A stretch of DNA of 64,000 nucleotides from a virus, in the IMG/VR virus record IMGVR_UViG_3300033489_000601, positions 1,020-65,019 of that record; one strand, 5' to 3'. Shown here piece by piece: positions 55,707 to 64,000 of the stretch. Positions within the stretch are counted from its first letter, which is position 1. Each line of letters begins with the position of its first letter. The notes below the pieces were generated by a model. That model was not told the origin of the DNA. It saw only the letters and a program-made list of their open reading frames with translations, and did no database searches. The translations under genes and the position numbers were made by a program.

Positions 55707-56338
55707 CTCACACCTCCCATCGCGCCACGGGCCGCCAGCGCCGCCGCGTACTCCGCGTGCAGAGCGAGATACCGGGCCTCTTCGGGTGAGCCCTTCGCGG
55801 CGCCTTCGAGGAGCGCAAGCTCGTCGCTGAGGCGGCGGATCTTGGCGGACAGCGCCTCGTACTCGGCGTCATCGCTCACCCACGTGAGGGCCTCCTGGTC
55901 GACGAGGCCCGTCTGTCCGGGGGCGAGGTGCTCCGCGAGGGTCTCCCCCGCGGAGGCCAGTGCCAGCGCGGGATCGGCGTGTCGCGAGGGGTGCGCTTCG
56001 AAGGCGCAGCGGTAGATGCTGGAAAGCTCGATGTCGGTCCAGCGGGGCTTCTCGACCTCGACGTGCCGGTCCACCGCAGCACGCGCCTTCTCGGCGCTGT
56101 CGTACGCGGCTCCAGAGGGCTGAAGCGCCACGGTCGTATGGCCGCTCGCGTCGGGCGCGTATGCCCGCCAGAGGAGCTGCTCTCCGGAGCGCATCCGCTC
56201 CGCAACCACGGTGTCTCCGCGGCTGTAGTGCGCTACCTGATGCTCAGCCGCGCGGTCCCCGCTGATCCTGCAACCCTTGTAGATCTCGGTGGTCACGGCG
56301 TCCTTGCCTTTCAGCTCTTCATTCGTTTTCATCTTCAT
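55703..56338 (-). CDS. Hypothetical protein
   Basis: GAGGAG SD, ATG 56338; 211 aa. Confidence 0.7.
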   Translation of the reverse strand: MKMKTNEELKGKDAVTTEIYKGCRISGDRAAEHQVAHYSRGDTVVAERMRSGEQLLWRAYAPDASGHTTVALQPSGAAYDSAEKARAAVDRHVEVEKPRWTDIELSSIYRCAFEAHPSRHADPALALASAGETLAEHLAPGQTGLVDQEALTWVSDDAEYEALSAKIRRLSDELALLEGAAKGSPEEARYLALHAEYAAALAARGAMGGVR

Positions 56339-56343
56339 GCTCC

Positions 56344-56667
56344 TCACGCGGCGTAAATCGTAACGGTGTCGAGACCGGCGCCACGACCGATCAGCACCTC
56401 GACGCGGGCCGGCGCCGAGCTGGCGCGCTGCGCGCGACGAACAGCCTTCGCAACCGCAGGCGCCGCTCCGCAGATCCTGCGCACGGCGCGCTTCGTGAGC
56501 GGGCGATCGCATTCGAGGTGGATGCGGATGCACCACCCTTCATCGTACGCCGTCGCCCCGCGGATATGCATTGCCATGCGCGAACGAAGGGCCTCGCGCA
56601 GAGCTGCGCGAGCGACGGCTCGACCGGCGGGTGACGCGCCAATGGGGTATGCGATCTTCATGTTCAT
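56344..56667 (-). CDS. Hypothetical basic protein
   Basis: Same 19-bp RBS/start sequence as the 56338 gene. Confidence 0.65.
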   Translation of the reverse strand: MNMKIAYPIGASPAGRAVARAALREALRSRMAMHIRGATAYDEGWCIRIHLECDRPLTKRAVRRICGAAPAVAKAVRRAQRASSAPARVEVLIGRGAGLDTVTIYAA

Positions 56668-56732
56668 GCTCCTCACGCGGCAAAGCCCCCTGGGCCGGAG
56701 CCGAGGGGGCGGGGAGGAAAGCATGGCGATGT

Positions 56733-56954
56733 TCAGCCAGGGTCGAGAGCGCGAGCACGGTCAGCGAGGTCGCCGAGGCCTGCCTCTTCGAGCTCAGGAC
56801 CCCAGGCGGAGATGTCCGCGGGCGGCAGGTGTCCGGCGAAGCCACGGAACCGCGCCTCGACGCTCACGCCCGCCAGGGAAGCGGCGGTCTCTTCGGGGAC
56901 ACCAACCGCAATAAGGGTCTCGATCTCTGCGAGCTTCGTGGTCGTGGTCTTCAT
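56733..56954 (-). CDS. Hypothetical protein
   Basis: GAGGAG SD; 73 aa. Confidence 0.65.
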   Translation of the reverse strand: MKTTTTKLAEIETLIAVGVPEETAASLAGVSVEARFRGFAGHLPPADISAWGPELEEAGLGDLADRARALDPG

Positions 56955-57019
56955 TTCTATCTCCTCAACGCCCCAACCCCCGGCGCCATCGTTGGGGGTG
57001 AAGGGGATGGCGGGGGCGA

Positions 57020-57388
57020 TCAGCCCTTCCGTGTATATGTGATCCCCTCGGGGTCGGTGAACGAACCCCCGCCGGACTTCGGCGCGGCGGGCGTGGGCGC
57101 CTCGACAACTTCGCAGATCGAGGTCTCACGCACGCCCACACTCCCCTCGGAGGAGGCCGCGCGCGCCTGAGCTGCCTCGGTCGCCGCGCGAACGCTCACG
57201 ACCTTCACTGTCGTGAGCAGCGCCACCTGGTCCGCGGTCATCGTGGCGCGCTCGCGGCGACCCACGGTCTCCCACGCGGGCGTGACGGGCGCCTCCTCCT
57301 CCCAGGCTTCAGCCTCGCGCGGCGTACCCGGACGAATGTAGAGGACCGCGCCCACCGTGTATCGCCCGCTCAGTTCGATCGTCTTCAT
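57020..57388 (-). CDS. Hypothetical protein
   Basis: GGAGGAG SD; 122 aa. Confidence 0.65.
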   Translation of the reverse strand: MKTIELSGRYTVGAVLYIRPGTPREAEAWEEEAPVTPAWETVGRRERATMTADQVALLTTVKVVSVRAATEAAQARAASSEGSVGVRETSICEVVEAPTPAAPKSGGGSFTDPEGITYTRKG

Positions 57389-57423
57389 GTTCTCTTCTCC
57401 TCCGCGGCTCCCCACAGCGCCTG

Positions 57424-57699
57424 TCAATCCCTCTCCGTCGTGACGTCGCCGGCCCAGTCCTCGCCGCGCGCGGTCGCGGCGAGGACCTGCCGCTCGACCC
57501 ACGCCGGGGAAGCCGTCGACCCGGCGGGCATCTGAAAGCGTTGGACGCGGCGACCGTTGACGCAGATCCACCAGCCGACCTCACGGTTCCGCTCGCGGAG
57601 GATGGTCTCCAGGTCGGTGTCCGCGGTATGCAGCGAGCACCAGCACTCGTGTCCGCCGTGGTCCGCTCCGCACTCGTCACATGTCGTCGCGTTCTTCAT
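57424..57699 (-). CDS. Hypothetical protein with N-terminal Cys/His cluster
   Basis: CDECG..H..HECWC; follows a candidate promoter. Confidence 0.6.
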   Translation of the reverse strand: MKNATTCDECGADHGGHECWCSLHTADTDLETILRERNREVGWWICVNGRRVQRFQMPAGSTASPAWVERQVLAATARGEDWAGDVTTERD

Positions 57700-57702
57700 G
57701 CC

Positions 57703-57734
57703 CTAGTAGTACACGACTCGTTTACTACTAGCAA
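57703..57734 (-). promoter_or_regulatory. Candidate promoter with 9-bp inverted repeat CTAGTAGTA-N11-TACTACTAG
   Basis: Minus strand TTGCTA-N17-TACTAC within an AT-rich intergenic gap. Confidence 0.55.
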
Positions 57735-57788
57735 CAAGTATTTCAGCCGCGCCTGAAGATAGTTCAGAAACAGCACTCAAGAGGCTGG

Positions 57789-58382
57789 TTACAGCACGCC
57801 CGCGAGAGGGTTCTTCGTGAAGCGCGGGATGCTCTCACGCCGTAACGGCTTCATGCGGCGGAAGATGAACAGCACCTCGTCGCGGAGCCCGACGTGCTCA
57901 GCGTAGGGCGCCACGCCGACGACGAGCCCCATCGGCAGCGCCTGAAGCACCTTCGCCGAGTAGGTGTAGCCCGCCTCGATGAGCGTCTTGTCATCCGCGG
58001 AACCCACGTCAGCGCGGACGTTGAAGCCGAAAGGGTACGTCGGCTCGAGGAAGACTGGGGTGCCGAGGCCGTGCGCGATCAGCCAGTCGGAAGCCCGCGC
58101 GCAGACCTCGCGGTGCTCGTCGGTGCGTCCCGAGAAGTGGTGTAGATCGGTAGCGTGCCGCGCCTTGTCGTACAGGGGCAGCGTCTCGACCTCGACCGTC
58201 ACCGCTTCTCGGTCGATTTCTGCACGCAGTTCCACCATGTTCTCGTAGGACGTGTCGCCCCATGGGTTGCCCCACGAGAAGATCATCGGCAGCGACGTGC
58301 GCGCTAGATGCCCCTCCGCAGCAGGGAAGAGAGGCTTCTGCACATCGGTCGGAAGATCTATCAGCCGCAGTTTGATGTTCAT
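57789..58382 (-). CDS. Putative PD-(D/E)XK nuclease-fold protein
   Basis: H..VC..A..WL....LEP.Y....RADV......IEAG.T..K. Confidence 0.5.
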   Translation of the reverse strand: MNIKLRLIDLPTDVQKPLFPAAEGHLARTSLPMIFSWGNPWGDTSYENMVELRAEIDREAVTVEVETLPLYDKARHATDLHHFSGRTDEHREVCARASDWLIAHGLGTPVFLEPTYPFGFNVRADVGSADDKTLIEAGYTYSAKVLQALPMGLVVGVAPYAEHVGLRDEVLFIFRRMKPLRRESIPRFTKNPLAGVL

Positions 58383-59095
58383 CTCATCGCTCCCTTCACC
58401 ATCTTGCTCAGTTCCTCGAGGCCAAACGCGCGCCCGTTTCTGTTCGTCCGTCCCTCAGCCGTGAGCGTCGCGATCACCGACCGCAGCCCCACGCCCTCGA
58501 CGGCGTAGAGCTCGCGCGCCCTGGCGAGCGTCGCCTGCTCGCTCGGCTCCTCCACGAGCGTCGCCCCTTCGCGGCGGAAACCGAACGCCTCGCGCCCCGG
58601 CCGGCCAAGGGCGTCGCCGCGGTCACGCTTCACCGCGAGCGCGGCCTTCGTGCGCGCGCCGATCATGTCCTTCTCGAACTCGGCCACACCAAGGAGCACC
58701 GTGCGCAGGAGCTTCGATGTGGGATCGCTCGTCGCGGCGCCGCCGCCCGTGACGTACATGATGCGCGCCTTTGCTCGCTCAACCTCGCGGCCCACAAGCA
58801 GCGCGGTCAGCGGGTCACGGCCCAGGCGGTCGAGGCGGTAGGCGACGAGGTAGCTTGCCCGGCGCGCCTTCACCTCAGCGAGAGCACGGAGCATGGCGCC
58901 CCGGTCAGCGAGCTCAGCGCCGCCTGTCACCTTCTCGTCGTGCCAGGCGAGCACCTCCACGCCCTCACGCACGGCCCACGCCTCGATGGCTGCACGCTGT
59001 GCGTCAAGGCCGAGATCCTGCTCCTCGGTCGACACGCGGATGTAGGCGATAGCGGTGAGGCGCGGAGCCTTCTTCGGGCGGCGGCGGGTGACCAT
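58379..59095 (-). CDS. Serine recombinase (resolvase domain plus short recombinase domain)
   Basis: AIAYIRVSTEEQ (catalytic Ser), VTGG....R, LVAYRLDRLGRD, EFEKDMIGARTKAAL, FGFRR. Confidence 0.92.
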   Translation of the reverse strand: MVTRRRPKKAPRLTAIAYIRVSTEEQDLGLDAQRAAIEAWAVREGVEVLAWHDEKVTGGAELADRGAMLRALAEVKARRASYLVAYRLDRLGRDPLTALLVGREVERAKARIMYVTGGGAATSDPTSKLLRTVLLGVAEFEKDMIGARTKAALAVKRDRGDALGRPGREAFGFRREGATLVEEPSEQATLARARELYAVEGVGLRSVIATLTAEGRTNRNGRAFGLEELSKMVKGAMR

Positions 59096-59319
59096 CAGCC
59101 GACCGCCTTCAGGAGACCGAGCGTCACCAAGCTGTCGAACACGAAGCGGGGCATCGGGGCAGGCTTGCCCGCGAACCGTACGCACGTATCCGATGCCTCG
59201 GTCACCACGTGCGATCCCTCCGAGCGGTGCATGAACACCGCGCCGGGCTTCACCGCCACCGACGCAACCATCTCCACTCCCCGATCCGTCACCAGGCCGC
59301 GCATCTTCGTTCGCTTCAT
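59095..59319 (-). CDS. Small hypothetical protein
   Basis: 74 aa, TGATG-coupled to the recombinase. Confidence 0.55.
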   Translation of the reverse strand: MKRTKMRGLVTDRGVEMVASVAVKPGAVFMHRSEGSHVVTEASDTCVRFAGKPAPMPRFVFDSLVTLGLLKAVG

Positions 59320-59619
59320 GAGAAACAGCCTACAGCAGAACCGTACGGTTAGCGAGCGTTAACCGTACGTCGTGTGTCGAATTCCTCGCACCATGTAGGC
59401 GCTGCCGTCGCTCGCCTCCTGCGGATTTCGGCCGCGGCTCGATGTCCGGCGGGGGGTGGATCATCGACGATCCACCCTGTGCGCTGGGGCCGCCGCCGGA
59501 GCCGCACGTCGTAAACTATGCATGTGGGATGCAACGTTCCGGGCGGTAGTGACGCTGGAATTTTCAGATCCACTCCCCCGCCATCCGCTCCGGCGGCGGT
59601 TTCATCCGCTCGAGCGGAT

Positions 59620-59702
59620 GTTGTCCCTCCTGTCCCCTATGTTGTCCCCCCTATGCGGGACGCGTTTGAGCCTACAAAACAAGCTGTCCCCTATGTCCCC
59701 CC
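59620..59702. repeat. TGTCCCC(C)TAT direct repeats, candidate replication origin
   Basis: Five copies at about 59622, 59631, 59643, 59685 and 59694, in a 600-bp non-coding gap downstream of the primase-helicase. Confidence 0.6.
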
Positions 59703-59941
59703 ATCTATGATGAGATCTCTACAAGAAAAGCGCGGAGCCGGGCGGCGGTGTGGAGCGGCGCGTGGTGGCCGTGTGGTGGTGCCGACGTATACAGGTTCAG
59801 CGCACAACCCCCGGGACACGACCGGGATGCCGGGGCACGCCTGCAACCATCTGATATCGCTTGTGAAAAGACGCCCCCCCATGGCAAAACGAGGTGGGGG
59901 GGCAGTGGGGGGACGCCGGGACATGCGGCGCTTGCACTTGA

Positions 59942-62311
59942 TCAGGAGTGGGGGACGAGGTGGTGAACCGCGGCCAGTTCGACCTCGAGGGGCGTCACGG
60001 TCGGCTGAGCATGTCGCTCGTGCAGCCACATCCAAACGTTCAGGCGCTCGCCGTAGTGGGTGCGGGTTTTCTTCCGCTCGTACCCAAGTCGTCGCAGAAC
60101 AGCGCCCATCCTGAGCGCGTCGAGGTGCTTCCTCTGCGCGGGCTCGAGCTTCATCGAGTCGAAGATGTCGCTGATGTGGATCTGGTCCTGCGGGAACTTC
60201 TGCGGCTGGCGGTTGGGCTTCTTTGCGAGCCAGCGCTCAACGACCTCGAGCCATGGGTCGTCCTCGACGGCGTGGCGCTCAGCGGCGAGCTCGCGGGCGG
60301 CGTCTTCCTGCGGGGTGAGCCACCATTTGAACGGGTTCTCTTCGGCCTCGATGCCGGCAGTCTCGTGCGCCTGGTAGGAGCGGAGGAGGTGGACGGCTTC
60401 GGCCCAGACCTGATCGCGCATGAGGGCGAGAGCGGCGAGGTCGATGCGCTGTCCGGCGAGGGGGTCGAGGTGATCGAGGTCGATGATCCAGAAGCGCCGG
60501 GAGCCCGTGGGGTCGGTGAGGAACTTCTCCTTATTCGTGCTGCCGACGATGACGCCGCTCCGCTTGTGGGAGGCGACAGCTGCGGCGTAGGGCGCGCGGA
60601 AGGTGTCTTCTTGGCACGTGATGAAGCCCTTGACCTCGCCGGCGTGGCGCATGCTCGTGATGGCGTCGATCTCGCCCCACTCGTAGATCCACGCGCTGTG
60701 GAGCTGCAGGTAGGCGTCCTTGTTCGCGATGTCCATCTTCGTGTTGCGGAACCACGGCGAGCCGATGACGCGGAAGAAGCCGCTCTTCTTGAGCCCCTGA
60801 TGGCCAAAGAGCACGAGCGCTGTGTCGACCTGGCAGCCGGGGACGAACGCGCGGGCGACGGCGGAGATGAGCCACTTCTGCAGGAAGACCGCGGCGAGTG
60901 GCTGCTCCTCGAGGTTGATCTTCAGCACCATCTGCGCGAGCGCGTCGACGCGCGAGACGCCATCCCACGCGGGAAGCCCGTCGAGGTAGGCGCGCACGGG
61001 GTGGAACGACTGCTCGTGGGCCACGTGGATGACCGCGGCCTTCACGTTCTCGGCGGACGGCGCGAAGCCGTGGTCGAGTTCGATGCGCTCGCGCAGCGCG
61101 CTCAGGTCGTGCCCCTCGCGCTGCGGCTCGCCGTCGACGACGGGGTTGAGGGTCATCTCGTTGAAGCTCAGGCGCCGCGCGGGGTTCGTCGGGCAGCCGC
61201 CGTAGATATGCCGCACGACGGCGCAGACGTTCGCGTATGTGCCCTTGCTCTCGCCCGTGCGCTTGTCGCGCTTCAGCGACAGCACGGGGATGCTCTGCAC
61301 GTCGCGGAGGAGCGCCGCGGCGTCGGGGCTGAGGGTGGGGCTCTCCCCCTGGATGGCGGCTCGCTCCTCGGCCTCTACAGCCGCGGATGTAGAGGTGGGC
61401 GCAGCAGAGCGCGGAGGGGCATCGGGCACGGCGAGCGGCTTCGTCGCGCCCTCGCGCAGGCCGTCGCGGATGGCCTTCAGCGTGTTCGCCTCGCGCTCGG
61501 CGTCCCACCCGCCGGCGCGCGTTGCGTGGAGGAGTCGCGCCTCGGCCTCGTGCTCAGCGAGGAGCCCCGCGCCGACATAACCGCCGACCTTGTGCGCCTT
61601 CGCGTACGCCGCGGTATGCCGGGCGCCCTTCGGCTCGCTCTGCAGGTCACGGGCGGCTCCGTCGAGCGCGGCGAGGGCGTAGCGGCGAGGGCGGGTGTCG
61701 CTGGCCGCTGGCGCGCGCGCAGGGAGGGGTGCAGGCGGCGTGGCGGGCGGTGATGACCGCGGCCCTCTCCGCCGCATCGTCGCGAGCAGCTCCTCCGGCA
61801 CGTCGGCCATCGGCACACTGGCGTCCTCCCACGCGTATGCGTCGCCGCTCGCGTGGCGCGAGGGGGGCGCGATGACGTAGCCGCCGTCGCCGCGCACGTC
61901 GCAGCCGGGAGCGATCTTCTTCGTGCTGTTCGGCACCTTCGCACCGCCGGGGTGGCGGTAGTACAGATGCAGCCCGCCTGAGCCCGTGCGCGCGGCGCGC
62001 GTCGGCGGGAAGAGCGCGCGTGCGGCTTCGAGGTCGGCGCCCCGGAGGTCGATGTCGATGACCACGGTCCCGCTCTCGGCGCCTGTAGCGATCGCGACGT
62101 TGTAATCGCTGGCCCCCCACGCTGCGCGTATAACCGCGGCATCCGTCGAGGCGTCCTTGAGTCCGTGCGGGGTGGCGGGGTGCTTCGCGACGTCAGCGCA
62201 CTTCGGCTTGCCGCACGAGCACGCGCCGGCCGCGGTCACCGTGTGGCAGGGGAAGACCGCGAAGCCGTCGGCGGCGAGGGCGAGAGCGGCGGCGAGGAGA
62301 GAGTCGTTCAT
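59942..62311 (-). CDS. Bifunctional Prim-Pol primase fused to VirE/VapE (SF3-like) helicase
   Basis: AVFPCH, KHPATPHGLKDAS, NVAIATG, VVIDID, TGSGGLHLYY, DVRGDGGYVIAPPS; helicase LVLFGHQGLKKSGF, WIYEWGE, FRAPY, VGSTN, DPTGSRRFW. Confidence 0.95.
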   Translation of the reverse strand: MNDSLLAAALALAADGFAVFPCHTVTAAGACSCGKPKCADVAKHPATPHGLKDASTDAAVIRAAWGASDYNVAIATGAESGTVVIDIDLRGADLEAARALFPPTRAARTGSGGLHLYYRHPGGAKVPNSTKKIAPGCDVRGDGGYVIAPPSRHASGDAYAWEDASVPMADVPEELLATMRRRGPRSSPPATPPAPLPARAPAASDTRPRRYALAALDGAARDLQSEPKGARHTAAYAKAHKVGGYVGAGLLAEHEAEARLLHATRAGGWDAEREANTLKAIRDGLREGATKPLAVPDAPPRSAAPTSTSAAVEAEERAAIQGESPTLSPDAAALLRDVQSIPVLSLKRDKRTGESKGTYANVCAVVRHIYGGCPTNPARRLSFNEMTLNPVVDGEPQREGHDLSALRERIELDHGFAPSAENVKAAVIHVAHEQSFHPVRAYLDGLPAWDGVSRVDALAQMVLKINLEEQPLAAVFLQKWLISAVARAFVPGCQVDTALVLFGHQGLKKSGFFRVIGSPWFRNTKMDIANKDAYLQLHSAWIYEWGEIDAITSMRHAGEVKGFITCQEDTFRAPYAAAVASHKRSGVIVGSTNKEKFLTDPTGSRRFWIIDLDHLDPLAGQRIDLAALALMRDQVWAEAVHLLRSYQAHETAGIEAEENPFKWWLTPQEDAARELAAERHAVEDDPWLEVVERWLAKKPNRQPQKFPQDQIHISDIFDSMKLEPAQRKHLDALRMGAVLRRLGYERKKTRTHYGERLNVWMWLHERHAQPTVTPLEVELAAVHHLVPHS

Positions 62312-63066
62312 CGCTCGATAACTCCAGGGATGGAGAGTTGCTTTTCAGGCGGGGCGGGGCGGTGGCAGATGGCTGCGATGGCCTCGATATAGGCTTGCAT
62401 CCGCGTCTCTTTCGACACGCGGCACCACGGGAAGCCGTGCGATTGCGCGTAGGCGGAATCCCGTTGCCACGTCGTCGCGTCGAATGACCGCGCGGGATAG
62501 GGCTCGATCAGGTCGGGGTTGCTGTTGCCGAGGAGATGAAAGCGGCCTTCGGGGTAGCGGTTGAACGCAGTGTCGTAGAACTGGAAGGTCTTCCTCCGCC
62601 CTGCCGCGCCGGGGCTGCGTCCTTCTGTCCGGCCGAGGCCGACGACGCGCTTGTCGGGGTCGTACGCGTCGAGATGCTCAATCGGGTCGCCCTCGTGCCA
62701 CACGGGGACAACGCGATCAGCGATCAAACCGACGAGCGCGCAGAGGCGTCGCCAATTTTCGACGGAAGCGGCGGCGTCTCCGATGACGTCTAGGTTGACC
62801 GCCCACGAGAACTGGACGCCGGATAGGAGATACGCCGCCCAATGCTCGACGGTGATCGTGTCCGTCTTCTGCCCCTTCTTCTCACGCTGCCAGTACGTGA
62901 ACGCGCCAGAGTCGATCCACAACTCGGAAGCACTCGCGGCGATCTCCGGTACCTTCTTCACGGGCACCCAGGAAGAGCCGATGTAGGCATGTGAGATCAG
63001 CATGTCGCGCCCCGGCAGAAGCCGCAGAGCGGTCGACGCGTCGCCAACGGCAAAGACGGCCCTCAC
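62308..63066 (-). CDS. dpdA: DpdA-like tRNA-guanine-transglycosylase-fold DNA 7-deazaguanine insertion enzyme
   Basis: LWIDSGAFT, NLDVIGD, VPVWHEG, VVGLG, FHLLG, SFDATTW; adjacent to queD. Confidence 0.82.
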   Translation of the reverse strand: MRAVFAVGDASTALRLLPGRDMLISHAYIGSSWVPVKKVPEIAASASELWIDSGAFTYWQREKKGQKTDTITVEHWAAYLLSGVQFSWAVNLDVIGDAAASVENWRRLCALVGLIADRVVPVWHEGDPIEHLDAYDPDKRVVGLGRTEGRSPGAAGRRKTFQFYDTAFNRYPEGRFHLLGNSNPDLIEPYPARSFDATTWQRDSAYAQSHGFPWCRVSKETRMQAYIEAIAAICHRPAPPEKQLSIPGVIER

Positions 63067-63521
63067 GACTGACCGCCTTTGCCGCGCAAGAAGCGCTCGT
63101 ATATATCGACGCCAACGGCTTGGATGGTGGATAGCAGAAGTTGATTGAATGGCACCTCGCGCCGCCCCTCATAGGTGCACGAGGACGAGCGCGTCTCCGA
63201 CACGTCGACGCGCCACAGCCCACGGAGCACGGGCGCGATGTGCTGCCAGATCCAGATCGCGAGGCGTTCGCTCGTCGGGTTCTCGAGCCCTGGGATCTCG
63301 TTCAGGTAATGATGGTCGAGCGTCTTTCGCAGAGGTTCCCACGCTGCGGTGATCTCGGCAAAGTCGATCACCCAGCCGCTATGGGCGCCCACGTCGCCGC
63401 GGACGTGGAGCGTCACAACGTAGGAGTGACCGTGGATCGCCTTGCACTTGTGGCCGTCGGGCACGTTCGGCAGGCTGTGCGCTGACTCGAACGTGAACTC
63501 TTTGGCTATGCTGATGGTCAT
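63063..63521 (-). CDS. queD: 6-carboxy-5,6,7,8-tetrahydropterin synthase
   Basis: KEFTFESAHSL..GHKCKAIHGHSY, GWVIDF, LDHHYLNEIPGLENPTSERLA, VSETRSS. Confidence 0.95.
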   Translation of the reverse strand: MTISIAKEFTFESAHSLPNVPDGHKCKAIHGHSYVVTLHVRGDVGAHSGWVIDFAEITAAWEPLRKTLDHHYLNEIPGLENPTSERLAIWIWQHIAPVLRGLWRVDVSETRSSSCTYEGRREVPFNQLLLSTIQAVGVDIYERFLRGKGGQS

Positions 63522-63934
63522 CGAATCTCTCCCCTCCTGCACCGCTCAACCGCAGCCAGCGCCTCGTCGACAGAATGAACGACCGCATAAAACGCTGTCA
63601 TGTAGTGCGCCTTTTCCATCCATTCGAGTTGTGACGGAAGCTGTTTCTCACCGGGCCGCTTGATCTCGAGATAGAACGCGCGAGCGATGTAGAGCTCGCG
63701 CCCGCGGAGCGTGACGAGCACCTTCACGCGCCCGATGAGGTCCGCGCTGCCGTCGGGGAGGCCGGCGACGACGTAGTGCCTGGAGCCATTGTCCTCGACG
63801 ACCCAGCCCTCCCACTTGTTGTTGCGCTCGACGCGAGCGTCCGGCAGCGCGTTGACGGCGTGGATGATGTCGCGCTGGATGTCGTTTTCGAGCGGATCAC
63901 GCCGTGGTCTAGCTAGCTTTTTGATTATCGGCAC
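63518..63934 (-). CDS. VRR-NUC domain nuclease / Holliday junction resolvase-like
   Basis: ENDIQRDI, GLPDGSADLIG, YLEIKRPGEKQLPSQLEW, YAVVHSVDEA. Confidence 0.88.
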   Translation of the reverse strand: MPIIKKLARPRRDPLENDIQRDIIHAVNALPDARVERNNKWEGWVVEDNGSRHYVVAGLPDGSADLIGRVKVLVTLRGRELYIARAFYLEIKRPGEKQLPSQLEWMEKAHYMTAFYAVVHSVDEALAAVERCRRGEIR

Positions 63935-64000
63935 GTATTCTCTCCACGGCGAGTCTCAGCGCCTCATCCCTGCGCGGTTGTGTGTACCGAGGCCAGTGAC

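Noticed and set aside
58379-59095. IS607-family transposase
   Set aside because: No N-terminal MerR-type HTH and no adjacent TnpB; the catalytic domain is N-terminal.
59948-61753. 601-aa plus-strand ORF
   Set aside because: Antisense shadow of the primase-helicase.

Overview
This GC-rich window holds most of a temperate myovirus-type phage genome in its free, non-integrated configuration. The evidence is an intact attP (the 3' half of a tRNA-Phe) with phage genes on both sides. The host is probably a myxobacterium/deltaproteobacterium; this is an inference from GC content, a Cys-rich lipoprotein and an Mx8-like int/attP layout. Layout from left to right: leftward early genes and a Cro-like gene (1-2554); a repressor between two operator-containing promoters (2565-3170); a rightward recombination/integration operon (AddB/Cas4-like exonuclease, Sak4-like ATPase, SSB, DUF5131, DUF488-like, Xis, tyrosine integrase overlapping attP; 3180-10979); a small RHH switch (12.5-12.8 kb); a minus-strand Mu-like contractile tail and head module (15-46 kb) interleaved with about ten plus-strand genes and an intein-bearing Dam-like methylase; a split terminase region containing an RNA ligase, a SLOG gene and a helically phased repeat array (46-54 kb); small early genes and a serine recombinase (54-59.3 kb); a candidate ori; and a coupled primase-helicase/DpdA/QueD/VRR-NUC block (59.9-64 kb). 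The most notable unexplained signals are a genome-wide 18-bp palindrome (YTACANNCGCGNNTGTAR, 14 copies with at most one mismatch), the phased repeat array next to the small terminase, and a family of leader hairpins plus a tRNA-like element with an aberrant anticodon loop. Product calls come from motif recognition by eye; no database search was run.
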